64,000 nt of DNA, from IMG/VR virus record IMGVR_UViG_3300023174_005626, positions 1-64,000 of that record. One strand, written 5' to 3'. Source of the DNA: a virus (taxonomy: Duplodnaviria; Caudoviricetes). Position numbers and translations under genes: made by a program. Numbering within the stretch: the first letter of the stretch is position 1; the number at the start of each line of letters is the position of its first letter. Shown in pieces: positions 50,213 to 59,766 of this stretch. A model generated the notes under the pieces. That model made no database searches, was not told the DNA's origin, and saw nothing but the letters and a program-made list of their open reading frames with translations.

Positions 50213-51751
50213 ATGAAGAAATTAGAAGAAAAGGTACAACAACTGGAAACCCAAATACTTGAAAACCACGTTAACAAAGAAAAAGAACAGTTGCTTACCG
50301 AAATGAAGAAAATTGGAATAGAGAAATTACCTTATTCCTACTCAGCCCTTAAACCGTTCATTGACCCCGAGACAATGGACTTTCATTATAACAAACATTA
50401 TAAAGGGTACGTGGATAAATTGAATGACGCTCTCTCAAAGAAAAAAAACGGGGATGTAGAGTTAGAGCAAATAATCAAAAACATAAGTCGTTACGACAAA
50501 TCAATCAGAAATAATGCAGGTGGAGCATTCAATCACGCATTATTTTGGAACATGTTGACACCTAATCCAAAAAAACTTGAAGGGGAACTTTATAAAAAAA
50601 TTGTAAAACAATTTGGTAGTTTCACAGCGTTCAAGAAAAAATTTGAGGCGGTTGCCAAAGATAGATTTGGTTCGGGATGGGTGTGGTTAGTTTTAACTGC
50701 GAAGAACACATTAAAAATAATGTCTACACCAAACCAAGATAATCCATTGATGAATGTGATTGAAGGTGGTGGTTTCCCATTATTGGGGTTAGACTTATGG
50801 GAACACGCGTATTATTTAAAATACAGAAACAAAAGAGACGAATATATTGTAAACTTTTGGAAAGTTATTAATTGGGATTTTGTTACAAAAATGTATGAAA
50901 TGAAAACCCAAACAAAGTTAATGGAGTCTGTTGAGTTAGGTAAAATTATTACTGAATCAGCAGATGCGAAATTCTGTGACGCAAAAGAAATTTTATTTTT
51001 TAAAGATTTAATTAACAATTCTAAAATTAAAAGAAGATACCAAGATGGAGTAACTGACGTATTAAGAACAGTATTCCATGATTTTTGGGTTGAGAGTACA
51101 ACAAAAGAAATGTCAGGATTCTACGGAGTTGAATCTAAAGAAGGTAGGTCAATTCTTAATAACCTTAACACCAACTTCAACGCGTTTTGTTTATTGGTTA
51201 AAGCGGTTAACAGACAAATTGAAAATATTGGTAGAACTGATAAGATTTTTAATTTTAGTTTCAAAGAAAATAGAACACTGAAAGAAGTAGAAAGATTTCT
51301 TAATGCTTTAGACCATTTCAAAAAACAAATTTTTACAAAAAATAATGAAGACTTTATTAACATTATTAAAGTTTTAAAAAAGTTATGGGACAGAGGACAA
51401 AAATCTGAAGATAACGTTCAAAAGAAACTTGAAGATTATTTTGAAGGTGACGCAAAAGTTGAAAAAATTGGAGGTCACGGACAAAAAAGAGACGCCTTTA
51501 AAGGTGTTGATATGGTTATTGAAAAGGATGGTAAAACACATACCGCTCAAGTAAAACCATACTCAACAACAACAATTGACGGTGACAAAGTTGCTTTATC
51601 CGATACAGGTAATGTCAAACCTTACAACGTGAACTGGTTGATTTTTATTCAACCTAAAACTAATAAGATATTAATATTTGATAATCATCCATTACAAAAC
51701 GAAAATCAATATATATTTAAGTTAAGTTCACTTCTTCACGAAATAGAATAA
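50213..51751 (+). CDS. sodA: Fe/Mn (Mn-type) superoxide dismutase fused to a C-terminal PD-(D/E)XK-like domain
   Basis: LPYSYSAL, HYNKH, GGAFNHALFW, FGSGWVWL, NQDNP, DLWEHAYY (all four metal ligands); about 280 extra C-terminal residues with GQKSE...GVDMVI...AQVKP. Confidence 0.85.
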   Translation: MKKLEEKVQQLETQILENHVNKEKEQLLTEMKKIGIEKLPYSYSALKPFIDPETMDFHYNKHYKGYVDKLNDALSKKKNGDVELEQIIKNISRYDKSIRNNAGGAFNHALFWNMLTPNPKKLEGELYKKIVKQFGSFTAFKKKFEAVAKDRFGSGWVWLVLTAKNTLKIMSTPNQDNPLMNVIEGGGFPLLGLDLWEHAYYLKYRNKRDEYIVNFWKVINWDFVTKMYEMKTQTKLMESVELGKIITESADAKFCDAKEILFFKDLINNSKIKRRYQDGVTDVLRTVFHDFWVESTTKEMSGFYGVESKEGRSILNNLNTNFNAFCLLVKAVNRQIENIGRTDKIFNFSFKENRTLKEVERFLNALDHFKKQIFTKNNEDFINIIKVLKKLWDRGQKSEDNVQKKLEDYFEGDAKVEKIGGHGQKRDAFKGVDMVIEKDGKTHTAQVKPYSTTTIDGDKVALSDTGNVKPYNVNWLIFIQPKTNKILIFDNHPLQNENQYIFKLSSLLHEIE

Positions 51752-51769
51752 TAAAGATATTTATTTGAT

Positions 51770-52894
51770 ATGGCAGCAATACCAGAACCAGAAAGGTCAA
51801 AAATTTATACGAGAATTAAACACCAATTAGGTGCGCCCTTAAGAAGTGTAGAACTTGAGGACGAAATGTTAGACTCATTGATGGAATTAGCAATTGGGGA
51901 TTATGAAGAATATATCCTACAATGGTTAATTGATTCTCAATGGGTTAACCTTGTTAATTTAAACATGAATGAAAGGTCTGTTGCGAGAGCCCTTGTTACA
52001 AGAACAATGGATTTTGAACAACAATTTTCATATTCATATTCTAAAATTGTGGGTCTTCAAACTGAAGGTCCTTGGGTTTTAAAGAAAGATTATTTTATTC
52101 TTGAAAAGAATGTTCAAACATACGAAATTCCTGCTGGTAGAGAAGTAAACGAATTATTATGGTTTTCAGACCAAGCTTGGACTGCATTTGGAATTGGTGG
52201 TATGGGTGGATTTGGTGGTGGTATTGGATTAGGTGCAGACCAACCTGGATTTGCTCAGATGGGTAATACGGGTTCTTATTTTATGATGTCAGGTTTTGAT
52301 TATCTAATTAGAATGCAAGAAGCCAATATTCTTAGTAGAATCTTAGGTGGTTCGTTAACATATAGAATAACAGGACTACCTGACGGTAAAAAATTAATTC
52401 ACTTGATGAATACTCCTGGTGGTAAATTTAACTGGTCAAGTTATAGTCAATACGTGGGTAAAGCTGTTTGGTATTGGTATTACGATGTAGAACCTGATAG
52501 TAGAGCCGATTGTTTGAAAAACAATCCCGACATTATTAAATTACCAACAGATGTACCTATTGAGGAATTGACTTGGACTGATTTAAATGTTCCTGGTCAA
52601 CAATGGGTTAGAAGATGGTTCACCGCTTACTGTAAAGAAACTTTAGCAAGAGTTAGAGGAAAATACAGTGGTAACCTTAAAACGCCTGATTCTGAAATTG
52701 TTATGGATTACCAAAGTTTATTAACCGAGGCTAAAGATGAAAAGTCAAAACTTATTGAAGAATTAACAGGTGCTGAAGGTTGGTTAACCAGAATGAGACC
52801 TGACAAAGTTATGGAAAGAGAAGCATTAATTGCTGAAAACCTAAATAAACAAATGAAGTTCAGAGCAATGCCTCGTCAAATTTACGTAATATAA
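51770..52894 (+). CDS. Neck / head-to-tail adaptor protein (T4 gp13-like)
   Basis: IKHQLGAPLRSVELEDEML, WVRRWFTAYCKETLARVRGKY, LLTEAKDEKSKLIEEL. Confidence 0.8.
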   Translation: MAAIPEPERSKIYTRIKHQLGAPLRSVELEDEMLDSLMELAIGDYEEYILQWLIDSQWVNLVNLNMNERSVARALVTRTMDFEQQFSYSYSKIVGLQTEGPWVLKKDYFILEKNVQTYEIPAGREVNELLWFSDQAWTAFGIGGMGGFGGGIGLGADQPGFAQMGNTGSYFMMSGFDYLIRMQEANILSRILGGSLTYRITGLPDGKKLIHLMNTPGGKFNWSSYSQYVGKAVWYWYYDVEPDSRADCLKNNPDIIKLPTDVPIEELTWTDLNVPGQQWVRRWFTAYCKETLARVRGKYSGNLKTPDSEIVMDYQSLLTEAKDEKSKLIEELTGAEGWLTRMRPDKVMEREALIAENLNKQMKFRAMPRQIYVI

Positions 52895-53229
52895 TGGCAA
52901 TAATTAAGACAGTACCAGTAAGAAAATTTATCAATGGTCATCAAATAGAAACATCTGAAATTACATTAGTTTCAGAATTAGATTATCGTACCAATGGTGA
53001 AGACTGTTGTATCATTAGAGGTGTTGTACAATCATTCGTAACATTAGATTCAAGAACATCTGACCACATTACCGTAAAGGCAATGACTCACCTAACAATC
53101 AGACCTGATGTTGGAAAGATTGATGAAGAATACGATGAGATTGTTGCAGACAAATTCGCTTGTATTGAATTCAGATTTGTTGGTGGAAACTGGTATATCT
53201 TATCTTCAGACGGTCTGAAGCAATCCTAA
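52894..53229 (+). CDS. Small beta-rich hypothetical protein, probably virion-associated
   Basis: 111 aa with TAATG coupling to the neck gene; ends IEFRFVGGNWYIL. Confidence 0.6.
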   Translation: MAIIKTVPVRKFINGHQIETSEITLVSELDYRTNGEDCCIIRGVVQSFVTLDSRTSDHITVKAMTHLTIRPDVGKIDEEYDEIVADKFACIEFRFVGGNWYILSSDGLKQS

Positions 53230-55995
53230 CTTTTCCTTCCAATTTTCTTCTGCTAAATCATACATATAATCAGCCTTAAGACCACGTCTTTCCCAATAAT
53301 TTAATTCTTGTTCGGTAATATCCAAAACATCTTTTTGTAAATCATCTTGGTCACCTTCACCTAACGGATGTCCATTAATTAATTCACACTGAGCTGTTGT
53401 AAAGATTCCCCTTTGTTCAGGGTCAGCAACAATTAACCCATTTCTAACTTCGTCTTGGAACACAACCATCAAAGGTTCAATTCTTTTATTGAATGTTGAT
53501 ACCGCTCTTGGTACATTATAGTCACCCGTTAAATCAGGGTCGTTCTCTAAAATATCTTTATCCAACATATAACAGTTAACCATAACCCCATCTGTAATTG
53601 GTTTTGCCTTAGGGTTATTAAATATGTTCACTGCGTTCGTATCTTTAATTTGTTTAACTGTCATCTTTTGGACATCCCCTTGTGATGCCTTTGTTCCGTT
53701 ATTAACATACATGATTACATCACCCAAGTTAACACTCAAACCGTCTTGTATTGCAAGTTCCATATGAGCCATACGAGACATACTATTACCCGATTTAGTC
53801 TTAGTTGTTAATCTTTTCTTATATTCATCAAGAGTTAGTTTAACCTTCGCTCTTTGTGCAATCTTACTTAATGGAACCTTCTTATCAAATATTTTTTGTA
53901 GATACTCGTAGTAATATTCAACAAACGCCTTACCATCGCCTTGTAATAACATCTTAATTCCTTTATCCAAGAATTCCTCAATATATAATGGTAACTTTTT
54001 AGACTTAATAGAATTGCCAGTCAACTTTATCTTTCCTTTGGCATCCATTACAGCGTAATTTTTTCTGGCAAGATTTATACATGACGGCCAAACCCCATCG
54101 GTATCAAGTGCCATTTCTCCTCTCATGAATATATCATTGTATTCTGCCACGTCAGCCTCAGGTCCATAATACTCCTTACCTTCTTTAACCTTCCAATTCA
54201 AACCACGACCAACATACACACGGTCTTTTGCTTCAGGTGGGGTTGAGAAGTTCACACCATCCGTATCCATAACCAATGGAACATATCCTTTTGTCATAAA
54301 GAATCTAATCATCTGACGAAGATATTGTCTACCTGTACAGGTGATTTGTTCTCCCATATACATGTCACCCCAAGCATAAACCTGAGGAGCTGACAACGCA
54401 CCGAACATTGAGTTAATGAAAATCTTAATCGGTAATTGTTTGTTACCATATGTTGCAGACTTCTTTGGGTCGGTTGTATAAAATTTTTCAGCGAGTTCTT
54501 TGTATTTGATACGGGTATTACGGAAATAACTTAACATTCCTTTCATTGCACCTGTAACATCACAGTCGGGGAATACATCGTGAACCAATTGAATAGATGG
54601 ATATAGTGAACTAAAGTCCAACTTAAGTACGTCCTTGGAATATCCAACCTTCAATAATCTTGATAATCCACCAACGAAATCAGTCTTGGCTTCTTTTGCA
54701 GGAATTGCTAACCCATGTTTGTATGACCAAGCCAACATCAACATCTTCCATAATGTTGCGGTACCCATTGTGGACACTCTCTCATATGTTGTTGGAATCA
54801 TTGCTGCAAGTAGAAATGAACCTTGGTTAAACTCCGTATCAACCTTTAATGTTTCATCCAAGTCATCGTCAAGATATCTCTCAACAAGGTTATCGCCAGT
54901 AGTTTTTATATATACTCCAGGAAACTTAACATCTAAGTCTTGGTATTCTGACGCCTTCTTATATTTTCCATTCTGAACATTTAACCAATACTCCTCTTTG
55001 TTAATATACATTTTGCCAATACTCTCATGGTCAATGTAAACACGGTCAGGAGCTTCAGCATTAATAAACTTGGTAATATATTTCAAACCCGCAGCTTTAA
55101 TACTTGAGTTAATTGCCTGTGCTCTACGAACAGCATGAATAATATCAATTACATTGTAACCCCAAATAGATGTCTGAACATATTCTTCCACCTCATTTGC
55201 AAGTTTTAACATACTGTCCTTTCTTGTGAATGAATGTTGGGGGTGTAATGAACGACAAGCCTTTTTTGGGTCAACACCTAAAATTTTACATCTTTCAAAT
55301 ATCCAATGCCAGTCAAAGTTTGCTGAATTATATCCACCAATAATACTTGGTTTGAGGTCATCTATAACTTTAAAGAACTCAATGATAGAATTCTTCTCCT
55401 GAGACTCATCAAGACACTCAATGACTCTGTGGTATCCTTTATTAGTCTTTATTCCAATCATGAAAATACGACCATCTTTAGGGTCAAGAGCAGTAGTTTC
55501 CAAGTCAAATACAAGTCGGGTGACTTGTTCGTAGTCTTCAAAACCTTTAAATAATCTTTTTTCTTTTGAAATTAAGTATTGTTCTACAGGAGGTAGAATC
55601 ATTATCTTATCCTTTGACTTATCTCCCCAAGGGTCACAACCACCATCTCTAAAGAACTGAATAAGTTCTCTATAACCTTTAAGTGATTTAACCATATATG
55701 TAAGACCTTTTTCAAGTCTTTCATTATCTTTTGTTTCTAATTTATCAATCATGATTCCGTACTTAGTCATAGCCTCTTTTTGTGCGGCTTTGGAATCACC
55801 ATAAAACTTTAATCCGCGCAAATCACCGACCCACGCAAACGGAATAAACGTATCCTTACGGATTTCTTTTCCTTTACCAGGTGCTTCTTTAATTTTGTAA
55901 ATTGAGTTGGATGCGTAGTCAAATTCTATTGCGACTATAAATTCTTCAGGGTCGTTACCATGTAGGAACGATTCTATCTCTTCGTTAGATATCAT
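53206..55995 (-). CDS. polB: Family B DNA polymerase with 3'-5' exonuclease
   Basis: ExoI FDLET, ExoII YNSANFD, ExoIII YLDDD; motif A DFSSLYPSI, motif B KIFINSMFG, motif C DTDG, KNYA. Confidence 0.95.
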   Translation of the reverse strand: MISNEEIESFLHGNDPEEFIVAIEFDYASNSIYKIKEAPGKGKEIRKDTFIPFAWVGDLRGLKFYGDSKAAQKEAMTKYGIMIDKLETKDNERLEKGLTYMVKSLKGYRELIQFFRDGGCDPWGDKSKDKIMILPPVEQYLISKEKRLFKGFEDYEQVTRLVFDLETTALDPKDGRIFMIGIKTNKGYHRVIECLDESQEKNSIIEFFKVIDDLKPSIIGGYNSANFDWHWIFERCKILGVDPKKACRSLHPQHSFTRKDSMLKLANEVEEYVQTSIWGYNVIDIIHAVRRAQAINSSIKAAGLKYITKFINAEAPDRVYIDHESIGKMYINKEEYWLNVQNGKYKKASEYQDLDVKFPGVYIKTTGDNLVERYLDDDLDETLKVDTEFNQGSFLLAAMIPTTYERVSTMGTATLWKMLMLAWSYKHGLAIPAKEAKTDFVGGLSRLLKVGYSKDVLKLDFSSLYPSIQLVHDVFPDCDVTGAMKGMLSYFRNTRIKYKELAEKFYTTDPKKSATYGNKQLPIKIFINSMFGALSAPQVYAWGDMYMGEQITCTGRQYLRQMIRFFMTKGYVPLVMDTDGVNFSTPPEAKDRVYVGRGLNWKVKEGKEYYGPEADVAEYNDIFMRGEMALDTDGVWPSCINLARKNYAVMDAKGKIKLTGNSIKSKKLPLYIEEFLDKGIKMLLQGDGKAFVEYYYEYLQKIFDKKVPLSKIAQRAKVKLTLDEYKKRLTTKTKSGNSMSRMAHMELAIQDGLSVNLGDVIMYVNNGTKASQGDVQKMTVKQIKDTNAVNIFNNPKAKPITDGVMVNCYMLDKDILENDPDLTGDYNVPRAVSTFNKRIEPLMVVFQDEVRNGLIVADPEQRGIFTTAQCELINGHPLGEGDQDDLQKDVLDITEQELNYWERRGLKADYMYDLAEENWKEKLGLLQTV

Positions 55996-56053
55996 AATAT
56001 ATTTTTTAGAGTGGTCTATTAGCTTTCACAATATGTGAAATTTACCTTCCTCT

Positions 56054-56084
56054 ATAAATATAAAAAATCTTGTGAATTAATCAA
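56054..56084 (-). promoter_or_regulatory. Putative promoter for the DNA polymerase gene
   Basis: TTGATT, 16-nt spacer, TATATT(TATA) on the minus strand. Confidence 0.5.
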
Positions 56085-56085
56085 A

Positions 56086-56463
56086 TTAACAACAAGCAGT
56101 TTCAGAAATAAAACTATCTTGAATATTAACATAAAGTTCTTCTCTGATTGGTAAAATTAAATTTCCCTCGTCATTCTTAATTAAAAATTGACCTTGGTAT
56201 CTACCAACAGTATCCGTATCGTATTTTGTAAATTTAAAATAGATATAATATTCTGTGGATGCGCCTTCAGGTAAAATTAAACTAACAATTTCACATGGAG
56301 CAGAAACTATCTTAGGTATACCTGTTTCTACGTTAATCATAGAAAAATAAATTGAGGACACTTCAAGTGCCTGCATCAACTCAAGATACCCAGCTCTACC
56401 GTCTTTAACAACCTGCATTTTTAAAACAGGTAACGTTGCATTCTTTTTGATAAAAAATTCCAT
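56086..56463 (-). CDS. BppU-like Ig-fold structural protein
   Basis: Likely start ATG 56463 (MEFFIKKNATLP), 4 nt after TATTTAT. FKFTKYDTDTVGRYQGQFLI resembles BppU N-terminal domains. Confidence 0.55.
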   Translation of the reverse strand: MEFFIKKNATLPVLKMQVVKDGRAGYLELMQALEVSSIYFSMINVETGIPKIVSAPCEIVSLILPEGASTEYYIYFKFTKYDTDTVGRYQGQFLIKNDEGNLILPIREELYVNIQDSFISETACC

Positions 56464-56479
56464 AACAATAAATATATTG

Positions 56480-58156
56480 TTATGACTCTTTACGAAGGTC
56501 TCCGCTATAATGTTCAAATCTATTATGCTCAGTTGGTGTTGCCAACAATAAACCAGGATAAAGTTCATCCTTTTTTATTAGCTGATACATATGACTCATC
56601 CAAGTTTGTTCAAACGGATGTGCCCATGTTACGTCTAAGAACATTTTTTTATTTCCTGGTCTGCTAACAAGTTGAGGCCAGTTACAATAATAAACATCAC
56701 CCATAGTATATGGTAATCCTTTATGACTTAAAACATGAGTATATACTGATTTTGGTGCATTTGGGTCTAATCCTTGGACAGGTAATCTATTTTTACCAGG
56801 CCAAAATTGTTCTCTAATGTGTTGAGGTACATTATACCAAGCCCATTGAGTTCCATTATCCCCATAAAATTCTGAATAATTAAGTTTTAAGAAATCAAAA
56901 TTTTCTTTCTTCATAACTTCTAACGACTTAGTATAAAGATTTGGAATATATCTATTAAACCCATTTCTGCAAACAGCTCCTTCATTTGGAAAAAAGAACA
57001 TGTCATCTTCAAAAAATAAGTAATAATCTAATTCAGTTGCGTCAAAATGTTCTGCAATAAACTGTCTTCCTCCACATATCCCTAAATTATCTTTCTTTAT
57101 ATGTGTAAAATTATGTTGATTACAAAGTGAGGCATATTCATCAAAAGTTGATTCGTCAGAAGAGTTATCTAATAAAAACTTTTCAGTCTTAAGTAAGTAA
57201 TCTTTGTCGTATTCAGTCATTGATTTAATCAACGTTCTGAATTGATTTGGACTATTAAAAGTAATAACATACAATCCAACTTTAGATGTGTCTAAATTAT
57301 TAACAGATTCAACTACTTTAGCCTCGTTCTTTAGTTTTAAATTATCGTTTTTTAAGTCCTCAAAGAATTTTCCAACTAATCCATTACCCTCAATTTCAAA
57401 ATAATTTATTAAATCAGAATGTTTATAACACATAATACTGAAAATAGATTCTTCAGTACCCATATAACCTTCTTCTAATGTTGTTTTTAATAATGAATAA
57501 TAAATTCCATTAATATCACCAATAGAGTCTTTAGGTCCACCAAAAAACCCACCTCTAGCAACTTTAGTTACTTTATCTCCAGCAATTGAATTTAACTTAT
57601 TATATTCAAAACCATGAATTTCGGTTTCAGCCGCATAAGGAAAACAAATAAATGAAAACTTAGAAATGTATTTTGGTAACTTATCTAAAACTTTATCGTG
57701 TGTAAAATAACCAGGATGAACAGTATTTGTTAATCCACCATCAATCCAAAAAAGATATTCTGAATTAAATTGGTCCATAATCTTAGCGTCATTTAATAAA
57801 AACACTTTAGACATAACCAATGGATTATAGTTTTCTAATCTTGCTTGTGTTGAATCTTTTAACCAACCAGATAAATTAGACCAACTTTCGTTGTTTCTAA
57901 TCTTCTGAATCATGTCAAAAAATTCGTTTTCTCTGAACCAACTCAAAGGTCTCGTAATAAACTGAGTATTATCTTTTGACCTTCTTTCAAAAACAAAATC
58001 TTTAAGTTCTTCATCACCAAAAATAATCATATTGGCATCAACACCTAATAATGAACTAAATTTGTCCAAATAATGTTGATAAGTTCTTGACCATCCTTCA
58101 GTTAGTTCATCTCTACCAATGTTCCATATCCCTGTTACTAATGTTATCTTACTCAT
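56480..58156 (-). CDS. Two-domain glycosyltransferase: HtrL/YibB(WlaTC)-like plus GT-A (GT2-like) domain
   Basis: N-terminal ITLVTGIWNIGR, YNPLVMSK, LFWIDGG, GGFFGG, GTEE. C-terminal LYVITFN, LLDNS, NLGICGGR, YLFFEDD. Confidence 0.75.
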   Translation of the reverse strand: MSKITLVTGIWNIGRDELTEGWSRTYQHYLDKFSSLLGVDANMIIFGDEELKDFVFERRSKDNTQFITRPLSWFRENEFFDMIQKIRNNESWSNLSGWLKDSTQARLENYNPLVMSKVFLLNDAKIMDQFNSEYLFWIDGGLTNTVHPGYFTHDKVLDKLPKYISKFSFICFPYAAETEIHGFEYNKLNSIAGDKVTKVARGGFFGGPKDSIGDINGIYYSLLKTTLEEGYMGTEESIFSIMCYKHSDLINYFEIEGNGLVGKFFEDLKNDNLKLKNEAKVVESVNNLDTSKVGLYVITFNSPNQFRTLIKSMTEYDKDYLLKTEKFLLDNSSDESTFDEYASLCNQHNFTHIKKDNLGICGGRQFIAEHFDATELDYYLFFEDDMFFFPNEGAVCRNGFNRYIPNLYTKSLEVMKKENFDFLKLNYSEFYGDNGTQWAWYNVPQHIREQFWPGKNRLPVQGLDPNAPKSVYTHVLSHKGLPYTMGDVYYCNWPQLVSRPGNKKMFLDVTWAHPFEQTWMSHMYQLIKKDELYPGLLLATPTEHNRFEHYSGDLRKES

Positions 58157-59033
58157 AAATTCTATTAAATTCTTCTAATATTTTAAAAAAGCTTTTATTT
58201 TTTTGGAACAACTCATCTGATGTTCCTTGAGGTGCATTATCTCTACACCACCATATATCAAAATGTTTTCTATAAAATAAATCTTGGTGGTTAAAATACA
58301 TCAAAGTCATAATTTGTTCCTCATGAGGTAACCCATTATCATTACCCAAAACACTTTGGGCATAATTTTCAAAAGTTGTTACTACGTTATCCCATTTATC
58401 TCTATGACCTCCAAACATTCCACCTATGATATGAATACTTCTATCATAGTTAACATACCATTTCGGGTCTACAGTTCCTGACCAATAATTTCTATCATTT
58501 TCTTTACCAAATAACAAAAATTTATCTCCAGTGTCTTCAATAACATTTTTTAAGAAATTATTATTAAAAAGATTACTTTCGTAAAACCTTTTCATTGAAT
58601 GGTGTTGTTCGTCAAGATATTTTAAAGGAATAAGTCCACAATGGGATAATCCCGCATCAACCCAATAATAGTTGTCATAAGATTTATCTTCATTCCACCA
58701 CCAACTAAATTTAGAATATTGAATTTCAATACATCTATCTCCTCTTTTAATGTCCTCAACATTCTTTCTTGAATTGATTAAATCTTTAAATTTACAATTC
58801 TCAAGGTCAAAAACTTGGAATTTTAATTGATTCTCAGATATATTATTTTGGGAATAAAAAAATTCTTTTAAGGATTCAATTTCTCTGTCTGATGTATAAC
58901 AAAGAAAATCCGCATCAGTCATTTTAAGTAATGAAAGAAGACTATATCTATAATGTGAACCTCTGTTAGGTCTTCCACCTAATTCGGTTCCATTTAAATC
59001 ACTATAAATTGCGGTAATTATTTTAGTTGACAT
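58149..59033 (-). CDS. HtrL/YibB-like glycosyltransferase
   Basis: IITAIY, IQYSK, YYWVDAGL, IGGMFGG, EEQIM; paralogous to the N-terminal domain of the next gene. Confidence 0.7.
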   Translation of the reverse strand: MSTKIITAIYSDLNGTELGGRPNRGSHYRYSLLSLLKMTDADFLCYTSDREIESLKEFFYSQNNISENQLKFQVFDLENCKFKDLINSRKNVEDIKRGDRCIEIQYSKFSWWWNEDKSYDNYYWVDAGLSHCGLIPLKYLDEQHHSMKRFYESNLFNNNFLKNVIEDTGDKFLLFGKENDRNYWSGTVDPKWYVNYDRSIHIIGGMFGGHRDKWDNVVTTFENYAQSVLGNDNGLPHEEQIMTLMYFNHQDLFYRKHFDIWWCRDNAPQGTSDELFQKNKSFFKILEEFNRIYE

Positions 59034-59766
59034 TATATGGTAAGTGTTGTTTTTGAATTTTTATTTTTTTGTTTTCACTTTCATTTAAATATTGTCCAGG
59101 AATTTTAATTGGAGAATACTGATTCCAATTATATGTTTGAGTATAGAAATTATTGTACATACCATGAGACACGTCAGAATAAGAATTTTTTTGTGGAGCA
59201 ATTGGTAATACAGGTGCAAAACATTGTACAACAGGGTAAACATGTTTAACCAATTGTTCATCAATAGGAAGAACATAATCTCCACTTTGGAAAGCATATT
59301 CTTTAATATTTTCTACAAGTTGGAATGATGACACATCATAGATAAGAATATTTGTTGCAAATGTTTCAGTTAATCTATCATGTGGTTTTGGTGGTAAATT
59401 AGTTAAGTCTAACAACATGTTATACTTTTCACTAATATTCATTGGTCTGTTTAAAGTTGGTGCCAAATTCATAACACCAAACTCAATACCATCAATTTGT
59501 TTTTCCAAATCTTCAATAAATGATTTTGAATATGGCATCACATCACAATCATCTTCTATAACCATTACACGTTTATACCCTCTTTCTTTAGCAATATTTA
59601 TAATTCCTAAATGAGAAAGGGTACAACCCATATAACTATTCCTATTAACAGCACTGAATACCTCGTAATCCCAACCAATATAATCCAATTCAAATTTAAT
59701 ATCCTCTAATCTATCTGGTCTTGTTTCTAAGTTGACTACAAACTTTGGTAATTCATTAAATTTCAT
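59023..59766 (-). CDS. Glycosyltransferase family 25
   Basis: FVVNLETRPDRL, FSAV, GCTLSH, VMVIEDD, PIDEQL. Confidence 0.85.
   Translation of the reverse strand: MKFNELPKFVVNLETRPDRLEDIKFELDYIGWDYEVFSAVNRNSYMGCTLSHLGIINIAKERGYKRVMVIEDDCDVMPYSKSFIEDLEKQIDGIEFGVMNLAPTLNRPMNISEKYNMLLDLTNLPPKPHDRLTETFATNILIYDVSSFQLVENIKEYAFQSGDYVLPIDEQLVKHVYPVVQCFAPVLPIAPQKNSYSDVSHGMYNNFYTQTYNWNQYSPIKIPGQYLNESENKKIKIQKQHLPYNVN

Noticed and set aside
17277-55995. Introns or inteins in nrdJ, helicase, recA or polB
   Set aside because: All are of ordinary length with contiguous motifs; no intein or homing-endonuclease insertions were seen.
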